Shown piece after piece: positions 31,590 to 41,861 of a stretch of DNA of 64,000 nt. Each line of letters starts with the position of its first letter. Position 1 is the stretch's first letter. The position numbers and the translations under genes are program-made. Location of the stretch: assembly GCA_963699545.1 (NCBI GenBank), contig CAVOUE010000003.1, forward strand, positions 96,001 through 160,000, given 5' to 3'. The notes under the pieces were generated by a model, which was not told the DNA's origin, ran no database searches, and saw nothing but the letters and a program-made list of their open reading frames with translations. Origin of the DNA: Nitrospirota bacterium (GTDB taxonomy: Bacteria; Nitrospirota; Thermodesulfovibrionia; Thermodesulfovibrionales; UBA9159).

Positions 31590-32171
31590 ATGATTGTTGA
31601 TTTCAATTCGGAAACATGGACTGATCCTTGGTTCAGAAAGCTTTCACTAACCGAGAAATTGTTATTCTTATATCTCTGGACAAACTCTCACAGGAACGTA
31701 GCCGGGCTTTATGCTCTGGACTTCGAAACGATGGCATTTGAGACAGGCATTGATAGCGAACAAGTGGAGCAGGCGTTAGACGCGTTGCATCCAAAAGTTC
31801 AGTACGACCCGGAAAAGAATATGGTCTGGATACTGAATCATGTTAAGCATCAGTTCTATAAGACAGGCAAACTTTCACCAAAGATAGCTGCTAGCATCAT
31901 AAAGAACTTGATCGCCATTGCACCTCATCCTTTTGTTGACCAGTTTCAAAGACATTATCCAACTGTTACCCATACCCTATCAGAGATTCCAGATACCCTA
32001 TCTGGATACCCTATCAGCAATCCCGGATACTCTCCAGGTGCAAGTGAAGATGCAGGTGCAGGTAAAGGTGAAGAGAAAGGTTCCGGACAAGGTGAAAGGA
32101 AGAAGGGAAAAGAAGAGAAAAAGAATATCAGTCCTTCATGGGATCAAATTCAGAAAAAGGAACCATTTTAG
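31590..32171 (+). CDS. Phage-type replication initiator-like protein
   Basis: WTDPWFRKLSLTEKLLFLYLWTN...GLY...MAFETG winged-helix N-terminus; internal direct repeats. Confidence 0.65.
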   Translation: MIVDFNSETWTDPWFRKLSLTEKLLFLYLWTNSHRNVAGLYALDFETMAFETGIDSEQVEQALDALHPKVQYDPEKNMVWILNHVKHQFYKTGKLSPKIAASIIKNLIAIAPHPFVDQFQRHYPTVTHTLSEIPDTLSGYPISNPGYSPGASEDAGAGKGEEKGSGQGERKKGKEEKKNISPSWDQIQKKEPF

Positions 32172-32184
32172 AAAGGAGCTTGAG

Positions 32185-32517
32185 TTGAAGCAACTGACCC
32201 CTTTAAAATCGATTCGTGCAAAATGCGTTGATTGTTCCGGTAACGAGTTCAAGGAAGTAAGAAACTGCCAGCATGATGGTTGCCCCCTTTATCCTCTCAG
32301 GATGGGGAAGGGAAGCAGGGCAACACTTAAACAGATCAGGGCCTATTGTATCTGGTGCTGTGCAGGTCAGAGAAATGAAGTAAAACTGTGTCCTTCCGTC
32401 AAGTGTCCTCTATGGGTATATCGGTTTGGGAAAAGGCTCAGGAATAGCCCTGATTTGTCAGAAATCGCAACGACAGAGGGGGTTTTGCAGACAATCGAGG
32501 CCGGGGAAAGGCAATAG
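32185..32517 (+). CDS. Protein with two tandem Cys-rich domains
   Basis: TTG start after SD AAAGGAG; duplicated IRAxCxxC...EVxxC...CPL unit. Confidence 0.7.
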   Translation: MKQLTPLKSIRAKCVDCSGNEFKEVRNCQHDGCPLYPLRMGKGSRATLKQIRAYCIWCCAGQRNEVKLCPSVKCPLWVYRFGKRLRNSPDLSEIATTEGVLQTIEAGERQ

Positions 32518-32845
32518 CCATGAGAAGGCCCCTTTTATTTATTTTGCCCTGTGAATACTGCCAAAATAGACGGTTGAAGCAGGAATCTCTTTTTTGTATG
32601 TTGGCCTTAACATTCTTTTATACTACCACGCCGATGCTGATAGCAAAAAAACACACTATATCAAATACTTATCGTAACTGCCATGTTGTGTTGAAAGTCA
32701 ATAACATTGTCAACTTAGTCAAGTTAGAAATGCCTTTTTATTTTCGCAGCCACAGCGAGGATACAATAACAAGGTTTATTAGGCACATTCCCCCCCTGGC
32801 GTATGGGATAGCGGGGGGCTTGGAGTCCCTGAGAGGGCATGACAG

Positions 32846-33172
32846 ATGAAGGCTGAGCTTTCATTACCTCAGGAGCTTGTCGATCAGATAGCTGACAAAG
32901 TTATCGAGAAGCTGAAGCCTATGCTTTCAGGTAGTGGCAAGAGCGAGACAGACGAGACGATCTTCGATGTCAAGGGCCTCTGTGAATATCTGAAGGTCGC
33001 TAGACAGTGGATATACGAGCGAACCCACCTGAAGGAAATACCGCACCTGAAGATAGACGGGCAGTTAAGATTCAGAAAGAGGGATATAGATAAATGGGTG
33101 AACTCCTTCAGTATCCCGGCAATAACTGCTCCCCTCAGAGCATTGAGGGGTATTAGGGGCGGGGGGCGGTAA
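32846..33172 (+). CDS. Excisionase-like HTH protein
   Basis: FDVKGLCEYLKVARQWIY...IPHLKIDGQLRFRKRDIDKW. Confidence 0.85.
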   Translation: MKAELSLPQELVDQIADKVIEKLKPMLSGSGKSETDETIFDVKGLCEYLKVARQWIYERTHLKEIPHLKIDGQLRFRKRDIDKWVNSFSIPAITAPLRALRGIRGGGR

Positions 33173-33264
33173 CTCCCCTCAAAGGGTAGTGACTCGCTCC
33201 TTAAAGCCTGATAACAAAGAACAGTTTTGACGCTGTATAGTGAATTGTATACTAAAAAAACTTA

Positions 33265-33301
33265 TTGACAGAGCGGTGAAGATGTGCTAACATAGTTAGC
33301 A
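33265..33301 (+). promoter_or_regulatory. Sigma70-type promoter with overlapping palindromic operator
   Basis: TTGACA-17 nt-TAACAT with extended TG; TGCTAAC-ATA-GTTAGCA inverted repeat at 33285-33301. Confidence 0.65.
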
Positions 33302-33531
33302 TGAAGGAATGGACACCAGAGATGATAAGAGAACTGAGAAGAAAACGTGGGCTTTCTCAGAAGAGACTTGCAAACCTGGTAGGGGTAACAAGGAACTATA
33401 TTTACTATCTGGAAGGAGGTGAGAGGGAACCGAGCAAGACATTGATGCTGTTATTGGATTGCGTAGAGAAGCAGTTACACGAAAACGAAAAAGGAAAGGA
33501 GAAAGGAAGGCATGGCAAAAGGCATTTATAA
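33301..33531 (+). CDS. XRE-family HTH regulator
   Basis: IRELRRKRGLSQKRLANLVGVTRNYIYYLEGGEREPS. Confidence 0.9.
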   Translation: MKEWTPEMIRELRRKRGLSQKRLANLVGVTRNYIYYLEGGEREPSKTLMLLLDCVEKQLHENEKGKEKGRHGKRHL

Positions 33532-34589
33532 GCGTGGAAAGGTTTTCTGGATACGCTATGCCGGGCTTGACGGTAGGACAGCATATGAATCATCAGGCTC
33601 AGACAAGTTCAGGGAGGCAGAGGCCCTGCTTATCCAGAGAAGACAGTCTATTCAGGAAGGCAAACAACCGGAGATTAAGAAGATCGCTAATTACACCTTT
33701 AAAGAGCTTTCAGAAAAATACCGCTCATGGATCACGGGAAGACAGGACTCCGCAAAGATCAAAGCTTACTACATCGGGCAATTGCTTGAGACCTTTGGGA
33801 GCCTTCCACTGAGAAGATTCAATACTGTTTTGGTTGAGCAATTGCAAACGGACCACATGAAGAGGGGCTTAAAGAACAGCAGTGTTAACAAGCTCCTAAA
33901 TGTCTTAAAGCATATGTTCAGTAAGGCGGTAGAATGGGAAATGGTAGAATCGGAGACCCTGAAGCGTATCAGGAAAGTGAAACTCTTGAAGACAAATAGT
34001 CGTTTAAGGTATCTCTCAAGGGAAGAGTGTCAGAGCCTTATTAATGCTTGCCAGGGCCATACAAAGGCTATCGTAATAACGGCACTTAACACTGGTATGA
34101 GGAGGGGTGAGATACTTTCCCTCAAATGGGATAATGTAGACCTGAAACATGGCTTTATCCTGCTTGATAGGACCAAGAACGGAGAGAGAAGGGAAATCCC
34201 CATAAATGACACTCTGAGGGGTGTTTTACAGGGCATTACCCGGAGGCTTGATGTTCCCTATGTCTTTCACGATATGGCCAAAGGAAAGCGATATGGGGAT
34301 GTTAAGCGGTCTTTTAGCACGGCATTGAGAAGGACAGGAATCAGGGACTTTCACTTCCACGATCTCAGGCATACCTTTGCCTCTCACCTTGTCATGGCGG
34401 GAGTGGATATTACCACGGGTCTCCAAGCTGTTAGGCCATAAGAGCCTTACTATGACCCTCAGATATACGCATTTGGCTCCTTCTCACATGGTTAAGGCAG
34501 TAGACATACTGGACAACACATTGAATGGCAAGCCTACTATACAAAAACTATACACTCCAATGAAAAAGGAGCTAACCGTAAATGGCTAA
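33512..34589 (+). CDS. Tyrosine integrase, frameshifted near 34417
   Basis: TGMRRGEIL and HDLRHTFAS; catalytic LLGH...TLRY lies in a different frame. Confidence 0.92.
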
Positions 34590-34603
34590 CTCCTTGATTC
34601 AAA

Positions 34604-34678
34604 TGGTAGGCGATGCTGGGATTGAACCAGCGACCTCTCCCGTGTGAAGGGAGCGCTCTCCCACTGAGCTAATCGCCC
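34604..34678 (-). tRNA. tRNA-Val(CAC)
   Basis: GGGCGATTAGCTCAGTGGGAGAGCGCTCCCTTCACACGGGAGAGGTCGCTGGTTCAATCCCAGCATCGCCTACCA forms a cloverleaf with CAC anticodon and CCA end. Confidence 0.97.
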
Positions 34679-34785
34679 AACCGGTTTCCATTATATAACA
34701 GGATTCAGGTCAAGGTAAAGGCGCTCGGGGGCTATGGAGCGAAAGAACAGAGGGTGCAAGGGGGACATGTATCCGAGAAATGCCC

Positions 34786-36087
34786 TTAACTTCTCCCCAC
34801 GCAGAAATACTTAAACCCGAGTTTCTTCATCTTCTGCGGTTCGTAAATATTCCTTAGATCAAAGAAAAAGGGTTGCCTGAGCAGCCCCTTTATTCTTTCG
34901 AGGTCAAGGTTCCTGAACTGGTTCCATTCCGTCACGATGACGAGGGCGTCAGCGCCCTTTACCGCGTCATAGGGGTCTTTACAGAAAGCAACCCCGGGGA
35001 ACAGCGGCTTTGCGCTCGCCATAGCAACCGGGTCATAGATCCTGATCTTCGCCTTTTCCTTCAGCAGCCTTCCGACGAGATAGAGGGACGGGGCATCCCT
35101 CAGGTCATCCGTGTTCGGCTTGAAGGAGAGTCCGAGGACCGCGATACCCTTGCCCTTCACCTCACCCATGCCACGCTTTATCTTGTCGAACATTATGCTC
35201 CTCTGTCTCTCATTGGCCGAAATCGCCGCACTGACAACAGAGAGTGCAGTGTCATGTTCCTCTGCAAGCTTCAGAAGCGCCTTTGTGTCCTTGGGAAAAC
35301 AGGAGCCGCCGAAACCGGGGCCTGCATGGAGAAACTTGGAGCCTATCCTGTGGTCCAGGCCCATGCCTTTTGCCACCACGTTCACATCCGCGCCGACCTT
35401 CTCGCAGAGGTTTGCGATCTCATTGATAAAGGAAATCTTGGCGGCGAGAAAGGAGTTGGAGGCATATTTGATCAACTCCGCCGTCTCGATGCTGGTGATC
35501 ACAAAGGGGGTCTCGATGAGATAGAGGGGCTTATACAGGTCCTTCAGGATCGCTACCGCCTGCTGACTGCTTGCGCCGACCACCACCCGGTTCGGCCTCA
35601 TGAAGTCCTCGATAGCAGCGCCTTCTCTCAAGAATTCGGGGTTGGAGACGATATCGAAATTGTTCTGCTCCTTAAGGTTCTCTGCAATGATCTGCCTTAC
35701 CCTCTTCCCGGTCCCCACCGGAACCGTGCTCTTGGTGACGATCACCTTATAGCCGTTCATGTGACGGGCGATCTCCCTGGCGACATCATCGATATACTTG
35801 AGATCCGCAGAACCGTCTCCCCGCGGAGGCGTTCCCACTGCGATAAAGATGACCAGGGAATCATCAACCGCCTCTCCTATCTTCTTGGTGAACCTGAGTC
35901 TGCCCTGCTGAACGTTCCTCTTTACCAGGTCATCGAGCCCGGGTTCATAAAAGGGCACGATGCCCTTTTTCAGGGCTTTTATTTTTTTCTCATCCTTGTC
36001 GACGCAGGTGACGAATACGCCGAATTCCGCAAAGCAGGCGCCTGTCACAAGCCCTACGTATCCTGTCCCGATTATCCCTATGTGCAT
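34786..36087 (-). CDS. ugd: UDP-glucose 6-dehydrogenase
   Basis: GTGYVG, SNPEFLREG, GFGGSCFPKD motifs. Confidence 0.95.
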   Translation of the reverse strand: MHIGIIGTGYVGLVTGACFAEFGVFVTCVDKDEKKIKALKKGIVPFYEPGLDDLVKRNVQQGRLRFTKKIGEAVDDSLVIFIAVGTPPRGDGSADLKYIDDVAREIARHMNGYKVIVTKSTVPVGTGKRVRQIIAENLKEQNNFDIVSNPEFLREGAAIEDFMRPNRVVVGASSQQAVAILKDLYKPLYLIETPFVITSIETAELIKYASNSFLAAKISFINEIANLCEKVGADVNVVAKGMGLDHRIGSKFLHAGPGFGGSCFPKDTKALLKLAEEHDTALSVVSAAISANERQRSIMFDKIKRGMGEVKGKGIAVLGLSFKPNTDDLRDAPSLYLVGRLLKEKAKIRIYDPVAMASAKPLFPGVAFCKDPYDAVKGADALVIVTEWNQFRNLDLERIKGLLRQPFFFDLRNIYEPQKMKKLGFKYFCVGRS

Positions 36088-36180
36088 ACCATCTCCCGTC
36101 TTCCAGGATTTCGAACGTGCTTCAGACAGCGGTTATATTATGTCAAAAGTGACCCGTGATGTAAACCGCTCCGGGGCTTG

Positions 36181-37210
36181 TCATTCAACGTCAGCATATC
36201 CACTCAGCATTCCTTCCAGACCCTCGAAGACCGCTTCCACACTGATGTTCTCAGCCCGCTTGCCTTCGCCCTGCAGAAGGATATGCTTCACTCCCCACGG
36301 TCTCCATCTCACCGGATCCGTTGACCCCCACATCGTCACGATCCGTTTCCCCAATGCTGCGGCAATATGCATGGCTCCTCCGTCACCGCATACAACGACG
36401 TCACTCACGCTGAGAGCTGCGACGAGTTCCCTGAGGGCTCGGGTTTCGTATGCGGCAGGGTAGGGACGTACCGAACGCATGATGAATTCTGCCTTTTCAT
36501 CATCTCCCGGGTGGTAGACATTCTTCTCGCTGCCCGGTGACCATAGAAGCATGATCCCGGCTTCTCTGCGGTTGTGTATGATCTCTGCCAGCTCTATGAA
36601 TTTTTTCGCGGGCCAGCGATTTTCCGGACGCCTGCTGCTTATATGAAAGGCAATGAGAGGCTTTTCCCCATTGATACCCGCTGCCTTCAGGACATCCCCG
36701 ACCTTCCGCACTTCTTCCTCCAAAGGAAACAGTTGCATAGATGGGGGAATACCGGTGATGTCAAGAGCGGAGAGCAGATGGAACACTTTTTCAACTTCGT
36801 GAACGTGAAGGTCAGGTTCCAGGACAGGGGCATTGTATCCATGGGAGCGGCGGAAATCCCGGAGATAGCCGATACGTTCCCTCGCCCCGGTGAGGCGCGT
36901 ATATCGCGCGAGACGCGGTGAGTACGAACCGCAGCCAATGGCAATGTCATAGCGCCCCCTCCGCACCCTCATGAGCACCTTTGCGTTCTCCCACCATACG
37001 GCAATTTTGTTCCTCTCCGGAGCGTGCTTCGCCTTTTCGTAGACAAAGATCTCATTGATATCGGGGTTGTTCATGATAACATCGGCATTGTAGGTATTTA
37101 TCAGCACCCCGATCGTCGCACCAGGAAACCTTTCCCTTGCAGCATGGATTGCCGGAGTGGTACATATAAGGTCACCGATATTGTCGCGGCGGATGAAGAG
37201 GTATCTTCAT
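36181..37210 (-). CDS. GT9 heptosyltransferase, frameshifted just after the start
   Basis: MKI-LFIRRDNIGDLICTTP after removing one base; DGGAMHIAAALG. Confidence 0.85.
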
Positions 37211-37213
37211 TGC

Positions 37214-38367
37214 CTAAACAACCAGATCACTAATAACGCCCAGGATCTTTTCAGCCCGTCTCTCGTAGGTGTAGTTCCGCGCATCTTCCTTGGCGGCAAG
37301 GGCAATCTGTGAGGCGAGCCCCGGATCGTCAAGGAGCGTTCTTATGCCCTCTGCCAGTGCCACAGGGTCGCCGGGCTTAAAGAGGATCGCATTTTTGCCA
37401 TTGGCGAGGATCTCCTGAAATACCGGCATATCCGATGCCACGATGGGAATGCCATAGGCCATGTATTCAAAGAGTTTCAGCGGGGAGGAGAACTGGGATG
37501 GAACAGAAGGGACATTGGGAAGGACCGCGACCTTTGCCCGGGGAAGATAATCCCTGATCACCGTGCGCGGGACAGCACCGGCAAATTCGATCCTCCCTGC
37601 AACGCCCTCATCCCGGTGAGCTGCTTCAACTCCTCGATCCTCCCGCCTCCGCCCAGGATGAGAAGTTTTTCCCCTGTCAGGTATTTCATGGCCGAGATCA
37701 GCGTGTCCACCCCCTTCCAGGGATAGAGGCTCCCTGTATAACAAATATATGAGCCCGGGGTGCTCCTTTCTCTGTCAAGCCATTCCGCCTCGATCCCATT
37801 GTGAACCACATGGATCGATTCAGCGGGTATCCCCAGAGTGATCAGGTACGCCTTGATGGAGCGGGATATGGAGATGATGACGTTCACTCTGCGGTAAACC
37901 TTATCTTCAAGGTTCCTCACTCTCTCCCGCTTCCTTTCGCTATTGGCGTTCATGGAGAATATTTCATGCACTTCGAACGCCATACGGTTCTTGATGAATC
38001 TTCTGAACCTCAGGACGAAACCGGCAAGTTTGATGTGCCGTATGAACAGCACGGCCTCTTTATTCCTGCACAACCCCGTGAAGAGCAGGTACAGGAGAAA
38101 AAAGAAATGGAATACGCCGTGCCACGAAAATCTGAAATGCTTTTCCTGCTCCCGCCGTATTATGGGCATGCGAATTACCGTCAACCGGGGATCCTCGGAA
38201 ATACCGTAAAACCTGAGGACACTTTTCTGAGTGAAACCTTTCTTAAAACCGGCTATAAGGATGACATCCGCACCCGCCTTCGCAAAGGCATTGCATGTAT
38301 TCATGATCTGGATGAACCGTGCTCTTGGGTCCGGGAGTATCTCGGGTACCGGATAGATGATGGTCAT
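37214..38367 (-). CDS. GT4 glycosyltransferase, frameshifted
   Basis: YTGSLYPWKGV and SPLKLFEYMAYGIPIV motifs across two ORFs. Confidence 0.85.
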
Positions 38368-39617
38368 CCTTCCCCCCTGCCTTTGCCTTCTTCTCTCACG
38401 TTCAGATAGGCGCCGGCCATGCCCAGGAGCAGACCGAGGGGGACCAGGCTCCGGTCTTCTGTCAGGCACCGTATCACATATTCCCCGAGTACCACTGCTA
38501 TGACGGCGATCCCCTCAAAGGCATGATCGCGTTCCCGGTACCTGACAAATGTTGGTATCACTCTGGAAAAAAGAATGCCGAGTAATCCGATGTAAAAAAG
38601 GAGGCCTGCGACCCCCTGCTGGTAGAGGATCTTGATGAACTGGTTGTGCGGTGTGGTGGGGGTGAACCCTTCCAACGGGTATGCTCCTCTGAGCGCTTTA
38701 TAAAAGTCCCGGTAGTGTTCGGTCATTGCCGTATCGTCAAGACCGTGGCCCGCGAACAAACGCTCCTGCGACATCATGAGGAAGGTGTTCCATGTCTCTG
38801 CCCTCAGGGACATCTGCACTTTCTGAAGTGTATGCTCTTTAATGACCCTGTATTGCCCGGGAAAGAGAAGAAAGATCGCCAGAACCGCGGCAACGATCAA
38901 AGGGGTTCCTATTTTGAGCATCGTCGAAGCAGATCGGGTCTTTCCCCTGCGGAAATAGACCCAGATACACACAATGCCAAAAAGCCCCAACCAGCTTCCC
39001 CGCACCCCTATGATGAGGATCCCCGCGAGGATTGCGAGGAGAGGGATCGTCCACAACACCTTCTTGAGTTTCGTTCCATCGAGAGCCTGAAGGAGAATGA
39101 AGGAAGAGAAATACAGGAAGACCGTAGCGTAATACCTCGTTTCTTCATACTGGATCATTCCTGTCCTGAGCAGGTCGGCGGCTATCCGGGTGTATCCTGC
39201 CACCAGATACACCACTCCTGTGAAGGCCAGCAACAGGGCGAACCTTTTCAGTATCTCGCGGTGAGCAAAGGTTGAGGAGATGACGACGTAGAGGAGGATC
39301 ATCTTGAGATATTCCTTTTTAAGGAAATGGAAGGACTGCGAAGGCGAGGAGGACAGAAGGGACGACACCACGGCCGACAGCACGAGAGCGATGAGGGCTA
39401 TGAAGAGGGGCTCCCGCCATTGCAGATCGAATTTCTTCCTCAGAATGCCCTGAAGAAGCCAGAGGAATGCAGGGAGATAGAGCCCTATCTCTCTGAGGGT
39501 GCCGAACTTTCCCGCAAACATAAGGACGACAAAGAGATACGTGCCGTATTCCATAATCAGCGGAAATACGCTCTCTGTCCAGTAGATCCTATCTCCGACC
39601 CTTGCAGTCATTGTCAT
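38364..39617 (-). CDS. O-antigen ligase family protein
   Basis: Polytopic; RGSW, GHG and PHNQFI motifs. Confidence 0.8.
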   Translation of the reverse strand: MTMTARVGDRIYWTESVFPLIMEYGTYLFVVLMFAGKFGTLREIGLYLPAFLWLLQGILRKKFDLQWREPLFIALIALVLSAVVSSLLSSSPSQSFHFLKKEYLKMILLYVVISSTFAHREILKRFALLLAFTGVVYLVAGYTRIAADLLRTGMIQYEETRYYATVFLYFSSFILLQALDGTKLKKVLWTIPLLAILAGILIIGVRGSWLGLFGIVCIWVYFRRGKTRSASTMLKIGTPLIVAAVLAIFLLFPGQYRVIKEHTLQKVQMSLRAETWNTFLMMSQERLFAGHGLDDTAMTEHYRDFYKALRGAYPLEGFTPTTPHNQFIKILYQQGVAGLLFYIGLLGILFSRVIPTFVRYRERDHAFEGIAVIAVVLGEYVIRCLTEDRSLVPLGLLLGMAGAYLNVREEGKGRGEG

Positions 39618-40759
39618 TTCAGAAGAGAATAGAATCTCTCAACATCAGAGGCTATTTTCTCCCATGAAAACCCCTCCTCTATCGTTGTCCTTGCGTTTCT
39701 TGAGAGGTTCTCCCTCAGTCCTCTGTCGGCCGTGAGCATCTTGATCTTCTCGGCTATGTCCCTTGAGGGACCCCCCCCGTTGATGAAGAGACCGTTCACC
39801 CCATCAACGATGTATTCCGTTATGCCTCCCTTTTGGGAAGCAATAACCGGCAGCCCGGTTGCCATAGCCTCAATGCCGACCATTGAGAAGGCCTCGAAAT
39901 TCGAGGGAAGAACGAGCAGGTCTCCCAGAAGATAGAGCAGGTGTATCTTTAGCGGCGGGAAGTCACCGACAAACCTTATCTTATCTCCGAGAGGCGCTGC
40001 CATCCGCATCATATCGTCTGCGTATTTTCTCCTCTCACCCTTTTCCGGTATATCTCCCACAACAAAAAACCGTACGTTATCCGTCTCCTGAAGCAGGAGG
40101 GCGCTCTGGATAAAATGCTCCAATCCTTTTTCAGGTGATATTCTGCCCACATAGAGACATATGAATTCGTCCCTTCCTATTCCAAACCTGTTCCTCACAT
40201 CTTCTCTCAAGGGCCCAACCTTCCAAAACGGCATAAAACGTGTCAGGTCTACCCCGCAGTGAAGGTGGGAGAAACTTTTCGACCTTAATGGAGTTTTGTT
40301 GTATGAATCGACGATAAACTTGCTGCATCCGACAAAAGCATCAACCTCTGTCTTGGGAATCACACTGGATTCATTGTGCATATGGAGTATGGTTTTCATG
40401 CCCTCTTTCCTGATAATCTTTGCCAGCGGATCAAGCCAGCGTGTGAATTGATGCAAGTGAACGATATCGGGGTCAACCTCGGCAATAAGCTGTCCGACCC
40501 TTTTGGGGTATGAAAGGGGGTCCAGTTTCGTCAGCTTCTGAAAAAGCCTCTTATAGAGGCGGCTGAAATGTATCCGGTAAAAGAATATCCCATCTTTGTG
40601 TTCTCTGGCAGGATAAAAAGGATCGGAGATGGATACGATGTGAGGCTCAAAACTTGTCAACCTCTTCGATACCTCATACATCCAGGTTTCCACGGCAGCC
40701 CCCCTGAGAGGGGGAACGGGGTGAAAAGGACCCGCAACCATCAACACCTTCTTAGGCAT
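39614..40759 (-). CDS. GT4 glycosyltransferase
   Basis: VGRISPEKG, EAFSMVGIEAMATGLPV. Confidence 0.9.
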   Translation of the reverse strand: MPKKVLMVAGPFHPVPPLRGAAVETWMYEVSKRLTSFEPHIVSISDPFYPAREHKDGIFFYRIHFSRLYKRLFQKLTKLDPLSYPKRVGQLIAEVDPDIVHLHQFTRWLDPLAKIIRKEGMKTILHMHNESSVIPKTEVDAFVGCSKFIVDSYNKTPLRSKSFSHLHCGVDLTRFMPFWKVGPLREDVRNRFGIGRDEFICLYVGRISPEKGLEHFIQSALLLQETDNVRFFVVGDIPEKGERRKYADDMMRMAAPLGDKIRFVGDFPPLKIHLLYLLGDLLVLPSNFEAFSMVGIEAMATGLPVIASQKGGITEYIVDGVNGLFINGGGPSRDIAEKIKMLTADRGLRENLSRNARTTIEEGFSWEKIASDVERFYSLLK

Positions 40760-41861
40760 TACCGATATACCTCCCAAACCTTTCTACTATAACATCCCAG
40801 CTGAAATTTTCTATAATCCGCCTTCTTCCCTCGGCACTCATCTTTTCCCTCAGTGCCCTGTCAGTGATAAGGGTTTCCAAGGCCCCTGAAAGGGTTATCT
40901 CATCCATGGGGGGCACCAGGAGCCCCGTACCCTCCGCCACCACTTCAGGAATTCCTCCTGCTGTGGTAGAGACCACGGGCACCCCGCATGACATGGCCTC
41001 GGCAATGGAGATGCCGAAGGTCTCGATCCCGGTACTCGGGAAGACCGCGACCTGAGCAATCGAATAATAACGCGGCAACTCCGAATTCTTTAGGCCCCCT
41101 TGAAAAAGGATCCTGTTTTCGACACCAAGGGTTCTTGCAAGATTCTCCAGTTTCTGCCTGTATTCGCCGCCCCCGATTATCACATACTTGATGCAATATC
41201 CTTCCCCTATGAGTCTTGCAACGGCCTTTATGGCGTACTGAATCCCCTTCCATCCCACAAGACGGCATGCGCTTATGATAACGGTATCGTCGCTCTCAAG
41301 CCCGAGTCTCCGGAGAACCTCCCCGGCGGGCTCCATGGGCCTGAAGAGTTCGGTGTCGACGCCATTGGGCAGGACCTCTGGCCTGATCCCACAGTACTCC
41401 TCTATCTGCGAGGCATTAAATCTGCTGCACGCGAAGAAGTGGTCCACCTTCTTCACCAGGTATCTATACCCCGGGAAGAACTCGGTTCCTCCGGAACCAA
41501 AAACAGTATGCGCGCCTGAAATCCTCGATGCGAGAAGTGCTACGGGCAGGTCATAGGGCTTATGGACATATATAATGTCATACTGCCCTTTTATGAGAGA
41601 TCCAATAGAGAATATACTGAAAGATAATCTCTCCACAAACTTTCTGAATCTCGACCCGAGGTTCGGTATCTTCGCCCGATCAAGATAGGGGAATGTGAAT
41701 ATCTTCACTCCATTATCGACAGCAGGTCTTATTTCTCCTTTCCCTCCATATACATGAACATCATGTCCTTTCTCAGCAAGGACGCCTGCCATGGCCCACA
41801 CAAAGGTTTGTATGCCGCCATAGCTGACGGTGGATGTAATCTCGTATAAAGCAATCCTCAT
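40752..41861 (-). CDS. GT4 glycosyltransferase
   Basis: RLVGWKG, ETFGISIAEAMSCGVPV. Confidence 0.9.
   Translation of the reverse strand: MRIALYEITSTVSYGGIQTFVWAMAGVLAEKGHDVHVYGGKGEIRPAVDNGVKIFTFPYLDRAKIPNLGSRFRKFVERLSFSIFSIGSLIKGQYDIIYVHKPYDLPVALLASRISGAHTVFGSGGTEFFPGYRYLVKKVDHFFACSRFNASQIEEYCGIRPEVLPNGVDTELFRPMEPAGEVLRRLGLESDDTVIISACRLVGWKGIQYAIKAVARLIGEGYCIKYVIIGGGEYRQKLENLARTLGVENRILFQGGLKNSELPRYYSIAQVAVFPSTGIETFGISIAEAMSCGVPVVSTTAGGIPEVVAEGTGLLVPPMDEITLSGALETLITDRALREKMSAEGRRRIIENFSWDVIVERFGRYIGNA

Larger units (their letters stand above)
27594..34650. mobile_element. ~7 kb tyrosine-integrase element inserted in tRNA-Val(CAC)
   Basis: Flanking att repeats; integrase, excisionase-like, XRE, rep-like and hicBA genes; more AT-rich than the housekeeping genes. 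Confidence 0.9.

Noticed and set aside
32520-32849. 109-aa ORF in the element
   Set aside because: No recognisable motifs, and it starts within a terminator-like GGCCCC/T-run region; probably non-coding
27594-34650. Complete prophage
   Set aside because: No structural, packaging or lysis genes, and only ~7 kb between the att sites
34873-36159. Long antisense ORFs (e.g. 428 aa opposite ugd, 357 aa opposite the permease)
   Set aside because: Shadow frames of well-supported genes with no motifs of their own
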